Shown here one piece after another: positions 1 through 13,418 of a DNA stretch of 44,370 bases. Below the pieces are notes generated by a model, which saw only the letters and a list, made by a program, of their open reading frames with translations, was not told the DNA's origin and made no database searches. The stretch is from NCBI GenBank assembly GCA_001724265.1, contig MEDY01000254.1, positions 1 through 44,370 on the forward strand, read 5' to 3'. Each line of letters opens with the position of its first letter. Position 1 is the stretch's first letter. Origin of the DNA: Rhizaria sp. SCN 62-66. Taxonomy: Eukaryota. The translations under genes were made by a program, and so were the position numbers.

Positions 1-1
1 C

Positions 2-70
2 TGGCGCGGCGGCGCGCGCTGGTTTGAGGCGCCATCGGTGCTAAAGAAAGAGTTCGTCAAGCTTCGTTGA
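2..70 (+). CDS. Possible 3' end of a gene entering from the left edge (WRGGARWFEAPSVLKKEFVKLR*)
   Basis: GC-rich open frame ending in TGA at 68-70, shortly before the switch to AT-rich intergenic sequence. No recognisable motif. Confidence 0.3.
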   Translation, partial: WRGGARWFEAPSVLKKEFVKLR

Positions 71-311
71 GGAGGGGGTGGGACCGCGCGTCTTCGTAGA
101 TAGATACTCCAGCGCGATAATGCAATTATAATCATAAACAGAGTTGAAAAAACAAGTTTCATACATGATATCAAAAATCTGTTTCATTTAACGGATGTTT
201 GACAAAGTTGTATGGCTATTTAAAACCGCCCCTTCCAGGCGCGTTTTTGCGTTTTTCATAAACCTCTACATCAGGGGTATGTACTTACAGTAAATAAAAT
301 GTTACTTTAGC

Positions 312-335
312 ACTAGTACTAGTACTAGTACTAGT
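312..335. repeat. Palindromic microsatellite (ACTAGT)4
   Basis: Four perfect tandem copies of a self-complementary hexamer in intergenic DNA. A (GTAC)3 run also lies at 435-446. Confidence 0.9.
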
Positions 336-669
336 ATCAATTATGCAATTACACAACGCCATGAAGACCATCTACATAACGCCCCTTAATGGAATATGTT
401 AACGGGTTTGACTGGTAGCCCATAGCTTTTTACAGTACGTACGTACGGTTTTGTGCGGTTTCACCAGTAAAATAAACTTGAAGTTTAGCTTGACAACTGA
501 TTGTCGCAAAACCGTTTTGTGGTGAAACTGGGGGACGAGGTGACCCTCTCAAAAAGGCAGTGCAGATCTCATACAAACGATCGTAATATCACGTCTCTTC
601 AATTTGAAAACGTAATAACCCATATAATTGATTTTATTTTTCAATTTGATTTGCCTTATACATGCAGTT

Positions 670-2238
670 ATGAGCACCAACGACGATTTTTCCCAGTCGG
701 GCGGGTCGACGCCTCAAAGCGGTAGCAACAACAAAACACGCGTCGTCATCCACCTCGTCGGCAGCACTCCTGGCAGTGGCAAGGCTATGATCATCCCACC
801 TAACGCCACCCTCGCGGACGTTCTTGCGCGCGCCACCGCCAAGCTCATCCCTTCCGGCGCAAACAACGTGACTGACAAAGATGCCTCAGCATCATCATCA
901 GAAGCGTCATCATCAGCAGCATCCTCAGCGGAGTCCACAGTCGCACTGCGCCACGTGTACACCGTTACGGGCGCCGAGATCACGGACGCAGAGGAGATTA
1001 TGCCCGACGATGTGCTCTTTTTCTCCTCCGCCTCCGCGTCGCACCTCGCCCCTGCGCCCGTGTCGCCCCTCTTCGCGCCGCCCGCCGCCGCCGCCGCCGC
1101 CGACAACAACAACAACAACAACAACAACAACGACGATCATGGCAACGTTATGAACAACGGCAGCAGTCTTGCTTCCTTGTCCTCCTCTGCTGCGCCCCCG
1201 CAGTACAACGACAACAACTTTGGTCCCGCAGAGGGCATTCCGTCCCCTGCACCCGTCAACAACAACAACAACAACTCCTATGACAACGCCGCCGCTGCTG
1301 CCGCCGCTCCTGCTGCTCCTGCTGCTGCTGCTGCTGCTGACGCGCCGCCCGCCGCGCGCGAGCCCGGCGTGCTGCGCCTGTTGGCGTCGCACGCGGCCGG
1401 GCTAGCGACGTGCGCCTACTCGACGGCGGCGGCGTATCTGAAGCAGTCCGGTCCGGCCGCCGTCCGCGCGGGCCTGCCTGAATGGGAGGCGCGCCTTTTC
1501 CCCCTGCTCGCCTCGGCGACGGCGCAGTCGGGCCCCGCGCTCGACTGGGCCGACGACCAGCTGCTCGCCGCGCGCGCAGGCTTCCGCGCTGCGCGCGCCG
1601 AGTTCCTGGCTTCCGAGGCCGGCCGCAACCTGCAGGCGTCGCTCGCTGCGCTCGCCGCCGCGGGCGCAGACGCCGCCTCTCGCACTACCGCCGCGGGCGC
1701 CGCCAGCGCCGAGGCCTTCTACGACACGGCCTCGGAGGCCTTCGCGACTCTGCGCGCGCGTGGCCAGGAGGGCGCCGTGGCGGCGGCGGAGCACCTGGCT
1801 CTGGTCAAGGAGAAGCTCGGCCACGCGTGGAACGAACAGCTCGCGCCGGCCGCGCGGGGCGTGTACGACATCTGGCAGGCGCGTCAGGCCGCCGCGGCGT
1901 ACGCAGAGGCCCAGCGCGCGCCGTTTGCAGGCGTCGCAGCCGGGGACGCGCGCCGCTACGGGCTCTCGCCCAACGCCGCTAACGCCCATAGTAGCGGGGC
2001 GGGGGACGCGATGGAGCGGGAGTATGCCGCGGTGGCCGCCGCGGCGGTGGCGGAGGTCTAGCAGCGCGACAGGCTCGCCGCGCGCAACGCCGCCGCCGCG
2101 GCTGCCGCGAGCAACAACAACAGCAGCAGCAATGGCAGTATTAGGGCAGTGAACGGCAATGTCAGTGGCGCTGGCGCCGGCGCTGGCTGTGTGAAGATGG
2201 GTGATGACGACATCGAGAATGAGCTTGATCTTGACTGA
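670..2238 (+). CDS. Protein with an N-terminal KHA-like (ubiquitin-fold) domain and low-complexity Ala/Asn tracts; ~522 aa, one internal TAG (2059-2061)
   Basis: RVVIH..GKAMIIP..TLADVLARATAKL...VYTVTGAEITDAEEIMPDDVLFF resembles the KHA pattern (GK.I.LP.SL.ELL..A..K...GAEIDD...I.DGD.L). ATG at 670. After the TAG the frame continues for 58 codons with the same composition (QRDRLAARNAAA...DDDIENELDLD) to TGA at 2236-2238, near the GC drop. Confidence 0.65.
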
Positions 2239-2778
2239 GCGTAGTCAGCTGAAGCGTGAGTGACACGCTTTTGAGTCAAAAGAAGCCTGGCATGCCTGCT
2301 CCGAAGCCTTCGGTGCTAAGTCATTATTGAATCTGAACGAACGCAATATGTATTGACGTGATAATGCTTCAGGGCCATGTAGGTTTTTAATCAACACTTT
2401 AGTAACAAAATGTGAGAGATATAGCACTAGATGAGATCATACGTATATAGCCACTTCAATTATTAAGATTAGACAAGTAATATTGACTTTGTCATAGTAC
2501 GCTCCCCTAAGTTTAACCCGAGATGTATCTTCACCCGAGTTAACTTAATACAACCAGTTTTTAACTTGTTTTATCCAAGATAAGTAAGATACAAATGTAT
2601 TATTATTAAAAATAATGCTCATGAAGAGGAAGTCTACAGACAAACTGTGACTTTGCTCTCTGGATATGTGCCGAGCTGCGCTTTGTTTTCATTTATTCAT
2701 CTTCTCTTGGCGTCGTCTTCTATCTGTACACACAAAGCCCCAGCCAGCCAGTCTGGCGGTCATCAGCGGACACAGCGC

Positions 2779-3540
2779 TTAGAGCTCGGACTTAAGATCG
2801 CCCGCGGCGGCCGCGGCGGCGAGCGCGGCCTCGGTGGTGGCGGCGTCGGGCGTGGGGGTGCCGGGGGTCGCCGGCGAGGCCGCGCCGGTGAGGGCGGCGT
2901 CGGCGGCGTCGGCGGGCGCGATCTGCTCGGGCGTGAGGTCGGGGACCGGGAACGAGCGCGCGGTCTCGGCGTCGGTCAAGCCCTCCTGCAGCGTGACGAC
3001 GCGCTTGGGGTGGTAGAGGTTCGAGCGGGGCACGTTGAAGCGGCGCAGCAGGTCGACGATATCGTCCTCGGAGGTCTCCCACGAGAAGAGGACCTCGACG
3101 TTGGTGTGCTTGGGGTCGTAGAAGTTGGGGTCCTGCTCGAGGTTAGTCAGCATCTCCATAATGTGGTCCTTGCTCATCGTGTAGTCGATGACGAAGTCGT
3201 CGTAGTCCTTCTTGTCGGTGAAGAAGTGCACGCGCGGGGTCCCGCCCGCGAGCTTGGTCACCAGGGTCGGGTAGTACGGCGCGTGCTCGTGCACGAAGAT
3301 GCGCGCGCCGGGGAACTTCTTGCGCAGCTTGCATGAGTCCTCGGCGAGCATAAGCACGTAGGGGAACTCCACGCCCGCGGGGGGCTGCACGGCGCGAACG
3401 GCCTCGGCAGTGGTGGGGTCCACCTCGTCTGCGTCGTAGTCGTCGGACTCCTCCATCGATGGCTGCGCGGAGGCAAAGAAAGCGGGGGCGAAACTCATCA
3501 GGACAACACTCAGCGCAAACAGCAAGGTAGCCAAACGCAT
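2779..3540 (-). CDS. Sep15/SelM-family thioredoxin-like ER protein, Cys-containing homologue (253 aa)
   Basis: Hydrophobic signal peptide (MRLATLLFALSVVLMSFAPAFFASAQ). EDSCKLRKKFPGARIFVHEHAPYYPTLVTKLAGGTPRVHFF parallels the SelM/SelF core. C-terminal KSEL is a KDEL-like retrieval signal directly before TAA. Confidence 0.65.
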   Translation of the reverse strand: MRLATLLFALSVVLMSFAPAFFASAQPSMEESDDYDADEVDPTTAEAVRAVQPPAGVEFPYVLMLAEDSCKLRKKFPGARIFVHEHAPYYPTLVTKLAGGTPRVHFFTDKKDYDDFVIDYTMSKDHIMEMLTNLEQDPNFYDPKHTNVEVLFSWETSEDDIVDLLRRFNVPRSNLYHPKRVVTLQEGLTDAETARSFPVPDLTPEQIAPADAADAALTGAASPATPGTPTPDAATTEAALAAAAAAGDLKSEL

Positions 3541-4032
3541 AAATCAACCTGTGACAGAAAACAAATGGCGAAATAATGAGTGTGGAAGCGGGAATGGTGA
3601 GGATTTAAACGCAAGATACTTTTGCTGAGGTGGCAATCATGCTCCGTGAGAAACCGGCGATTTATGCACATAATAATGGAGTTTAGCTGTGTTTTAAATT
3701 AAAAACATAAGTAACAACATCTTGGGTACATTCTTTTAAATATGAAACCCTCTATTCTCTGTTGTTCGAGGCTCAAAAGTAGTTTTTGGAAACGCATTTC
3801 GGCCTTTTACTCCTCGTCTCCTGTCTGCCCCGAACCTTCTGCCCCTAGGGTCAACGCAAATATGAGTGCACTGGTATATTTAATCTATCAAATGTAAATA
3901 TTGAACAATGACATTTAATCTTTCAAACACATTCAGTCTTGCAAACATTTGTATTAAAATCAAAAATACGGAGGTAGTGCGTAATAAAGTTAGGTCATAA
4001 TCTTACCAATCCATATCGTCAAAACTCACACA

Positions 4033-7000
4033 TCACGGTCGATTCTTCGGTGCGCTGCTCTCTGCTCCGCATATTGATGTTATCGTCTCCGCCGCGGCAG
4101 CAGCCGCAGCAATATCTTCCGCAACCGCGGCCGCCCTTGCTGTCACTGCCGCGCATACAGCCGTCGCGTGCTCTTCCATATCAGTGTGCGTGCGCTTTGG
4201 TGTTGAATCACCTGTTACTGTCCGAGCAGCCGCTGCCGCGGTGGATGTCGCCGCCGCAGTTCCACTTGCAGCGTTGGCCCCGGCGTGATACTCGCCCGAG
4301 CCGCGCGCGGAAAGGAACGCCAGCGAGCGCCGCGCGGTACAGGAGCTGTCATGGCTGAGCTCCTGCTCGCCGGGCGCGGGCCCAAGCGAAGCCCACTGCC
4401 CCGGGTTGGGCACCGCGCAGCCGCAGCGGCCGCGCGGAGGGGCTCCGGCAGAGGCGACTCTGTGGCGCGAAGTGAAGAAGAACACCTCAGGCAGGCAGTA
4501 TGATTGCGCGCCGGCGTCGCGTGGCAGCGCGCTCTTGGTGTAAGTCAGCACGCGCGCAAGCTCGCCCGCTTCGGCCTCACTTGCCGTCCCCGACGCAATT
4601 GCGGAAGAGGTCTCCGCGGCCGCTACAGACTGGGGGGACGTGCTGCAGGTCCCGCATGGCAGCGCCGCGCTGCTGACACGGTACACTGCCACATTTGCCG
4701 CTTCTGGCACTCGCGGCGGCCTGCGCCGTGGCGTGTGCGGCGCGGGCTTCAGAGTCACAGGTGCCGCGCTGTCTGGCTCCAACAGCGCTGCAGCTGCAAA
4801 GTCCATGTCGGCACTCTCAAGACTATCGCTGCTGTCCCGGCTGCGCGTGCTGTGTTCGCTGTCGCTGCCCTCGACCGGCCCAGCTGTTGTGGCCGCGACG
4901 CCCAGTGGGCCCTTGCGCAACAACTCACGCAGCTGCAGCCGCGTCGGCAGCGCGGTTCCAGCCAGTGTCGCTGTTTCGGTCGTCACTAACGCGCAGCCTG
5001 CTGCGGCTACCGTGTCGGGCGCGTCTTCAGTGACCGTGTACAACACGCGTTGATTTGGCACTGCGACCGCTGAAGTTGCTGTTGCCGTCTGGGAAGTCCC
5101 AGTCGCTACGGTTGGAAATGTAAACACGTGCGCAAGTGAGTGCTGAAACACTGGGGGCGCGAGAGCAACGCTTGAAAATCGCGCAAGCTTGCTTGATTCT
5201 GAAACAGCTACTGTTGAAGAAGTAGTACCTGCTGAAGTTGGTGCCGGCGCAAGGCCTGCAGCAGAGCGCATGCGGTGCTCAGCGCGCTCCAGCTGTGTGG
5301 CTGTGGCGCAAGCGGCGCTGTCGCTGACCGACGCAGCGCGGGCGCGCGCTGACCTTTCGATCTCGAGATCCTCGCTTTCATCATCCTCGTCAAGATTACC
5401 GTTCGCACGAGTTGATATCCCCATCGAGGGTGGCTTGGTGTCCGACGTTGAGAGCGCACGACGCCGCGGCTTGCGCGGACCTGCAAGTGCGCGTGCACTT
5501 GGTGGGCGCGGGGTCATTGCAAAAAGGCTGTCTGTATCTGATGCGTCACTTTGCGACTGTGAGGACAGTCCACCACCTGATTCAGATGGCCTTAGTCCTT
5601 TCTTTGGTGTTGGACTGACAGCGCGCGCCGGACTTGTGTCGATGTGAAGTTGTGGCTGCTTACGCAATGGTGTATGAAAGCGGCAAGCATTCTTAGCAAA
5701 GCGACATAGTGCAAGCCAAACGCCGTTTGTCCAGCCGAAGCCAGCCTGGCACGTGTACTCTCCACCACCAGCGGCCGCAGTTGGCGCGCGCACGTCGTAC
5801 TTCTCTGGCATTACACCGCGCGCAAGGAAGAAGAGCTTCGCGTGGAACAAGTAACGCCGCGCGGCCAAGTCAACAATCTGCGCGCTCAGCAACGCGCGTG
5901 TTGGTGGATACGGCGGCGGCTGCAACGGATTTGAGTGTGGGATAGTGACCGTGGGTACTGCTGCGATGTAATGTTGCGATTTCTCTGAAGGCGCCACTGC
6001 TACACGGCGTGTGTGAACGCGCGCTGCAATCGTGCCGACAAGTGACGCAGCGGCCACGGTTACCCACGCTGGCTCGCGTCGCAATCCAACACCGGTAGGA
6101 TCGAGATCCAGCGATGACAACGTTGACACACTCACAACATCTGAGGGCATATCGCGGCTGTTGTGGGCTTCGTCATTGATTAGAGGCAGTTGTTGGCGAG
6201 CGCGATCAAAAGCCTTTGCAACGCGAGCGCGACGACGGCTCCTTGTCGCTTCGCGGTAGCGCCACAGCGCGGCTCCAAACTCGGTTGTTGTGGCGCTGCG
6301 CAGGTCAACTGCAGTAGTCGCGTGGATTAGCCCAGCGTCGTGCGCATCCCACGGCAGCGTTCTCGCAGCAACCAGCGGTGCGCGGCCGTCGCCCGGCAGC
6401 AACAGCGGTGTGGCGTGGGCAGCACATGGTGGTGCAAACAAGTCATGCAAACGCGCAGCTGCCAGCAAAATGTCGTCGTCGACATCTGAATCTTCGTCAT
6501 TGTCAGCTCGAAAGTGTGCGCTAGCAATGTCTAAAAAGCCTTCAGGCAAAAATGCGAGTACAGATGCGTTTGCTGTAAGACCTGCATCCTCAATAGTAGC
6601 GCGCGCAGTAGTGGGCATGCTCAGAGCAGATGCGATTGCACGATGGTTTTGATTGTCCTTTTGACTGTGTGCATGAAAGCGCATGCCGGCTGTGTACGGC
6701 GCTGCAACGCTGGCCGGTCGCGCAAATGGCACACGAAGCGGCGGTCCGACTGCATCAAACATAACCTTCTCAGTGGATGACCACTGCGACGTGTCAACAT
6801 CACAGTTGTCAATAGACGCATCTGAAGTAGCAACAGATAAGGCGGAATCATTTGCAGCGGCGGCTTGAAGTGCATGCACGTCGGACAGCAGCGCAGGCGT
6901 CACTGCAAGGGGGCGTAATAGTCCCTCTGCGCCGCTTTTGGTCATCAGCACCTGCGTTGCGCCGCGCACACGCCGCGTCAGCACGAGCTCCAGATTCTCC

Positions 7001-10000
7001 GCACCGGTGCGTGGTGTCATGTTTAGTACGGCTTCAACTGCAGCAGCAGTTGCTGGCGCGCCCTCGCCGCAACGCCGCAACGCAGCAAGCAGCTCAGCTC
7101 CGCGGCCAGGCGCGGGCGGCGGTACTGGGGACGCTGCGGGCCGCGCGCGCAGGCGGCGGAGGGCGGCGTTTGCGGCTCGGGCAGCGTCAGTATACTGTGC
7201 GAGTCCGGCTGTGGCAACCCACGCTAACGGCGGCCAACCATTGGGCGCCTCCCACTGTAACTCTGACGCAGCAGCAACGGTGGAAACCGTGCTAGGTGCT
7301 ACTGAGTTCTCAACAGAGTCCATGTTTGCGTTCTCTGTGCTTGCACGGCGCGAATACTGCGGCGCAACACCGGCAGCAGCGCGCGCAAATGCTTCTGCCT
7401 CTGTGCGCATGCGCGCGCGCTGTTCACAACGAAGACGAGCAACAAGTCCTGACGGCGGTGTCCAAGTGGCCGCAAAGCCGCCTCGGTGCAGGAAGCGTTC
7501 GAACAGCACGCCGGTCACGCGCTGTGCCTGCGCCGGCGAGGCAACACGCGTGAAAAGCGGAAACGCTCCCGCCAGCGTCCACACATGCGTGCGGCGGCGG
7601 CGAGTGCGGAGATCAAAATCGAAGTAGTATCCCAGCAGTGGGTCCCACATGTACGTGTTGATGAGCCGCGCACGTGCTGCAGCAGCACGCCGTGCCTCAG
7701 CTGCGCCGTCTATTAGCGCGTCACGCGGGTCCGCGTCCAGTGCGCCAGGACTGCGTCGATGCTCACCTTTTGTTGGTGGAGCGCTTGCCTGGGCGCTGGA
7801 GTTAGCGCTTGCGTTGCTAGAATTAGCAGCTGCAAATGTTGCTCCAGCAGAGTCAAGACGCGCATGCAACGCATGAACAGCGGCTGCAGCAGCTACGACA
7901 CCAGCGCGGTCGATGACTTTCTCCGTGTCAGCAACGAGCCGCGTAAAGGTTGAGCCTGCGTCAAGAAAGGCCGCCAGCACATCCATCTCGAGAGTTAACA
8001 CGTGGAACTGTGTGCTGGCCGTCTCAGCCAGTGCTGCGTAAGCCAGTTCCGTTGCATACAACAAGCAGTTGAGATCGACCGGTAACACGCTCGAGGTTTC
8101 CAGATCAGCCAGCGTCGCGTTGGTACCAATTTTTTCAAGATCACTTTTTGCAGCAGCAACTTCTGTTGCAAGTGTGTCTGGCGACGGAGCGTCTAGCGGG
8201 GGTGCTGGTCGCAACGGGGCAGCGGGAAACCAGCGCGAACTAAAATCCCAGCCAGACTCGCACGCAGCGCGTGTGTTTGCGTACAGTGCCGCGCGCCGCC
8301 TGGCGTCGAAGCTCGGACCGTTTTCCGTCGCCTTTGCGGTTGCAGCAGAGGGGTAACCTGGAGGGTATGAAAGAGCATCGTTTAAGTAACGCAACGGTGC
8401 ATCGTCACTCGATTTGTGCGTTGTGCTAGCGCCTGCAGCAACATTAGTGTCAGCGTTAACATCTATGTTTTCTTTGTTGTCAGCGGTGTGAAATGGCGGA
8501 AGCTCCCCGCTCCACAGTCCTGCAAGCGCGCGCAGCTCCGCGTGAATGCGATCCGCAACACCGCGGCGCAGCGCGCAGGCAACATCGGCGCCCCAGCTCT
8601 CCGGTCGCGGGCTCGACGGCACAGCATCATCCCAGTACCTATTCAGTATACCGTACCGCACGCGCCGCCCTGCGCGCCGGCGCAACGCGTGAGCCACTGA
8701 CGCCGCCACTGCCTCAGAATCTGCGTGATTTTCTTTGCCACCCTTAATTGCAGCCGTAGCATTAGCAGAGGCTGCGTTGCGGCGAGCGCGAAAGGTGTCT
8801 GTCCAGTGGTGTGTAAGGCGTGCGTCAATGTCAGTAATACACACCGCGCGCGAGCTAGCCCAGTATGCGCCCATCTTAACTTCGCGCGACGCTATGCTTT
8901 GTCCGCCGGCCCCCGTTGCTGCACTTGCCTCAGTTGCCCACGCGCTTAAGTTGGCACGGTCACTTATGCCGCCGGCTGCTTGCCGTGCCGGATGCGGAAC
9001 TATTGGTGCGGGTGTCGCCATGAGAGTGTCAACAACATCGATATGCAGCGACGGGCACAGATCTGACACATTAGGCAAGCGCCAATGCGACGACGAAATG
9101 CGCGCACGTCGACGTTGCGACGCAGTCTTTTTAGTTTTTGCCGTAGTGCACTAGTCACACAGTTGAGGCGCCCGGCTGTGCTCTGCATCGACCACTGCGT
9201 TTACTGTTGCGACAGCCTCTGCGGGTGTGAGCGCGCACTTTGTCACTGCAAATACAGCATGCTCCAACTTGTGTGAGTGTTGCGTCTGCCCAGTCTTCCC
9301 AGCTGTAGCCGGGTGATGGCCACCCTTCCTATGCTCATCAAGCGTGCAGCGCACAAACGGGTTCTCGTTTGACCGTGGAGCTGTAAAATCAAGGACAAGC
9401 GGGCCGCGTGCGTGCTCATTGCCGCGCAGTGCGCAGATTGCCGCGTCGGGCACACCGGGCCCCACAGCCGCGCTGCAGTTAGAGCACCGCACGCGAGCTG
9501 CAGCAGCACGCTCGTAATAGTCGCGTGGCACGCTGATTACGGGTTCATCAAGCTCGCGTGTCATGCGCAATCGCATGGCACGTGAACTCCTCTCATTGAT
9601 GTTGTTTGTATCGCTTTCACTGTTTGTATCAGAGTCAGGGTCAGAGTCAGAGAGCCAGGTGTCGTCTTCTGAGGGTGGGTCTAATGGCAGTAATACGGCA
9701 CGGCGGAAACCCACTGTAGGAAGCACAAACCGCAACTCGTACTTGCTCTCATGTACCTCACTATTGTTTGCGCTGTTCTTTTTTATGTGTACGCGTGAGC
9801 CTGAACGACGAACCCATACTGGCGCAAGCCTTGTTGCGTCCTGCAGCGCACCTGTAAAAACCGTGCCAATTAGGCGGTCTGCGCCCTGTGTCCAAAAGGT
9901 TCCCTCCATGGCAGCAGCCAGCACGCCAACTTCGGCCACTGTATGCGCAGACGCGTGTTGGCCGAGCAGCTGTAACAGTAACGCCAGCACAGGCGGCTGT

Positions 10001-13000
10001 GAGCGAGTCAGGTAGTACGTGCGGTTTGCCGTCGGTGCAAAGCCGCGTGTGCGCAATAGCTGTGCTATGCAGTCAGCTACGTTGCGAGCCGCCGCTAGTG
10101 ACTCCTTGCGTTCGCGTGCAAGCAGGCCAAGACACGCAAAATAACTGTCCCAGTAATACATCTCGTGGAAGCGACCGCCGGGCACTGCAGGAAATCATGC
10201 AAAACAAGTTTGAGATCATACTCACATATGTGAGTTTAATATTTTCCAAATAAAAAAAGATGAGATAGAAATATAACGTTAAACAATTGAGTGTAGTGAA
10301 AACTATCATCATATTTTGATGTGGATGCGTTTGCGTACCAATGTAAGGCCGAGCAAGTGGAAATAACGACCCACGCTGAAGCTGCCGTGCACTTTCTCGC
10401 GCAGCTGTAGCGCCACCACTTGCTTCGAGCGCGCGTTCCCATGCACCAGGCTTATCTGCATGTGTGCTCGCACCCACACTGGCTGCGCTAATGTGCTATT
10501 CTGTGGTCTGGTCAACCTCACTTTCGTGGCTCTCCTTACTTGTGGACTTTAGGCCACGTGCGGCATGTCCCGGCGGCGGAGGCATCCCCAGATGTGCAAC
10601 AGGATCAAGATCAACTCGCTTAGTCACTCCGACGCCAGACTCAGCGTCGATGTCCATCTCTGCCTCACTCTCAATCAGGCGGGGACTTTGCGCTGCGGGG
10701 CGCACAGTCCAGTGCGCGCGCAGCAGCTGTCGCATCCGTCCTTCGCGCGCCAGCGGCGACCGCGGGGGCGCACGCATCAACGCCTGCAGGCCGCCAGCAG
10801 CTGCCGCCACGTCCGCGTCCTCTTCAGCTTCAGCCGCGACATCCGCGTCAGCCTCTGCCAGTGAGCTGTTCGCGGGCACCGCTCTGGTCGCTATGACCGA
10901 GGCGGGAGTCGAGGTCGTGAGGTGCAATGGCGGGGCTGAAGGTGCGCGCCGCGGAGATGGAGATGGCAGCGGTAGCAAACCGAACATTGACGCCGCACTC
11001 TTGCTGCTAGTAACGCCAGTGCTTGGACGAGCAACACCGCCGCGCTCTGCCAGTGCAGCGCGCACGTATGCTCGCGGCTTGCCATGGCCGGTGCGCTGCG
11101 TCTGCTCTTGTTCAAGCTTTAACTGTTGTGACTTTTGCACTGCTTCATTCTCAATCTCGCGCAAATTTGGGTGTGCATGTAACGGAGGCAGTGGTGGTAG
11201 CTGCGGCTTTGCGGTGCGCTGAGCCGGGGTTTGTCCTTGTTCTGGGATCTGAGACTGCGCTAGAGCTTGTGGGTGCGTCTGTGCTTGGCTTGGCGCATGT
11301 GTTCCGCTGCTGGTACTGTCACCTGTACTATGAACATGTACATGCCCCACCACAGGCTCAGGGCACTTGAAAAGAGGGTTGGCCAATGGCAGCGGCGCAG
11401 GCGCAGTTGTAGGCGCGCAAGCCAACTCGAGCGTGTCTGCAGCCTCTGTTGACTCATGCGCACTGCTGCTGCTGCTGTGAGGACGATCTGAGCTGCGCGA
11501 GCGCACCAAGTAAACCGGCGCTTCTACCGTCGTGGCCGCCGTTGTCACAGCATCAGAGTCAGCTGCGACACCCTCGTCAACATCAATGGCCGTCTCAGCG
11601 TCCTGTGCAGCGCTTGCAAGAGCGCGCACCGCCGTGTCGTAGCGCGCATCAGCGCGTTTTGCGCTCTCCGCCGCGATTACCGCGTCGGTGCCTACGTCTG
11701 TGCCTGTCTGAGGCCTGTGTGCTGCGTCGTGCGCAGCTGCTGCGACCGCAGACGAGCGCGAGAGCGAGTGCCAGAGGGACTGGGCGAGCGACGGCCGCCG
11801 CGACAGTGAGACCACAGGCGACCGAGACAGTGACCGCGACCGGGACCGGGACCGCGACCGCGATTCTCCGCGTGACTGCGAGCGCGATTGCAGACGCGAG
11901 TGTGACGGCGAGTGCGCAATCGGCGAGTGCAGCGGCGACGCAGACGGAGAGGACAGCTCCGACTCCGACTGTGACGCAGAGTCGGACTCGGACTCGGACG
12001 GCGATGGCAGTGTTGACTCACCGTGAGCACTTACAGCGCCTGCAGGCTTGCGATTGCCTGCGTTTACGTCAACGCTTGCTGCGCAAATACCAAGACGCGG
12101 GTCAAGTTCAAACGCGCGCGCGCACGCCTTTGCGTCTGCAGCGGCCGCGCGCGCTGCACTTTCGGCGTCTTCGCCTGGCGCCAGACCCGCGGCGCGCTGA
12201 AGCACGCGCGCACAGGCCAGCGCCGACGGAGACCGCGACCGCGACCGTGGACGCGGCTGCGCTGGTGTTCGTGACTGTGGTTGCGAATGCGCTTTTGAGC
12301 CGTTTGTGTGCGTTTGCGTCTGCGCGCGTGCGTCTGGAGGCAGCTCGTACGGCGCAAAGGCGTTTGCGAGCAACCGCGCTCGCAGTCGCGCTTTGGCAGT
12401 GTCTGGCGCTAGGGCAGATGCGGGCGCAACGCGAGCGCATTCTTTGCCGCGCTCCGCCCTGATGCGCGCGCACACAGGCCCTTCGACACCGTCGTCGCAT
12501 GCAAGTGCAGCCTCGTCCTCGTCCTCTTCAAGTGCGCACACCGGCAGGGAGCCATCACCGCTATCCTCACCGTGACCGCTTACTGTCACAGATGTGTTTG
12601 CGCTCGCGCTGCCGCCGAAATCTGCGCGCTGCGTGTAGGTAAGAAAGCGCTCGCCGCGCGGGTTGCGCGAGAGGCGCGCCCACATGAACTCGACGTGGTC
12701 CGCCATCCCGGGCAGCGCAGGCGCTAAGTCACCTGCGTCGTCGCCCTCTTCCGTGGTGAAATGCGCAAACGCAAAGCGACGCAGCGGTCCGCGTAGACGC
12801 GCACAGAGAGCGCGGGCGCGGCGCAGCACTTCGGATGCGGCGGAGGCACTTGCAGAGTCGCCGAGACCAGAGTCGCTTGAGCAGTCTGTGTCAGCAGCTG
12901 TAGTGCTGTTTGCATTGTCAGCAGGCAACAGTGAGTGAGAAAAAACCGATTTCGCGTGCATTAGAGAGCTCTTTATGGAATTGCTGCTTTTGCCGTTGCT

Positions 13001-13385
13001 TTTGTTGTTGCTGCTGCTGTTTTCGGTTGGTGTAGGGACAGAAAGCGAGCTGCTGCCAAGGTCGTTCTGTTCGTTGGTGTGGCTGGTTTGCGCGTTGCCA
13101 TCTGCGCCACTTGCGTCAAGATCTGGGAGCAGCGCTGGATCGGCCGTTTCCAGCGCGCGCGCAATACGAGCGAACGTCAGTGCACGCAGGTCAGGATGCG
13201 CGATGTACAGGCGGCGCAGCGCGCATAGCATCTCGCGCGGCGGAGTCAGACACCGCGCATCGACAAACGTCTTGAAGTCGCGGTACACGCCTGCAAGCTG
13301 GACGGCCTCAAACAGCAGGCCGCCGGTTTGCGTTACGTGGCTGTGGGACGTGATCTCCACAGGCTTCAATGCGTCGGCTTTGTGC

Positions 13386-13418
<33 letters not shown>

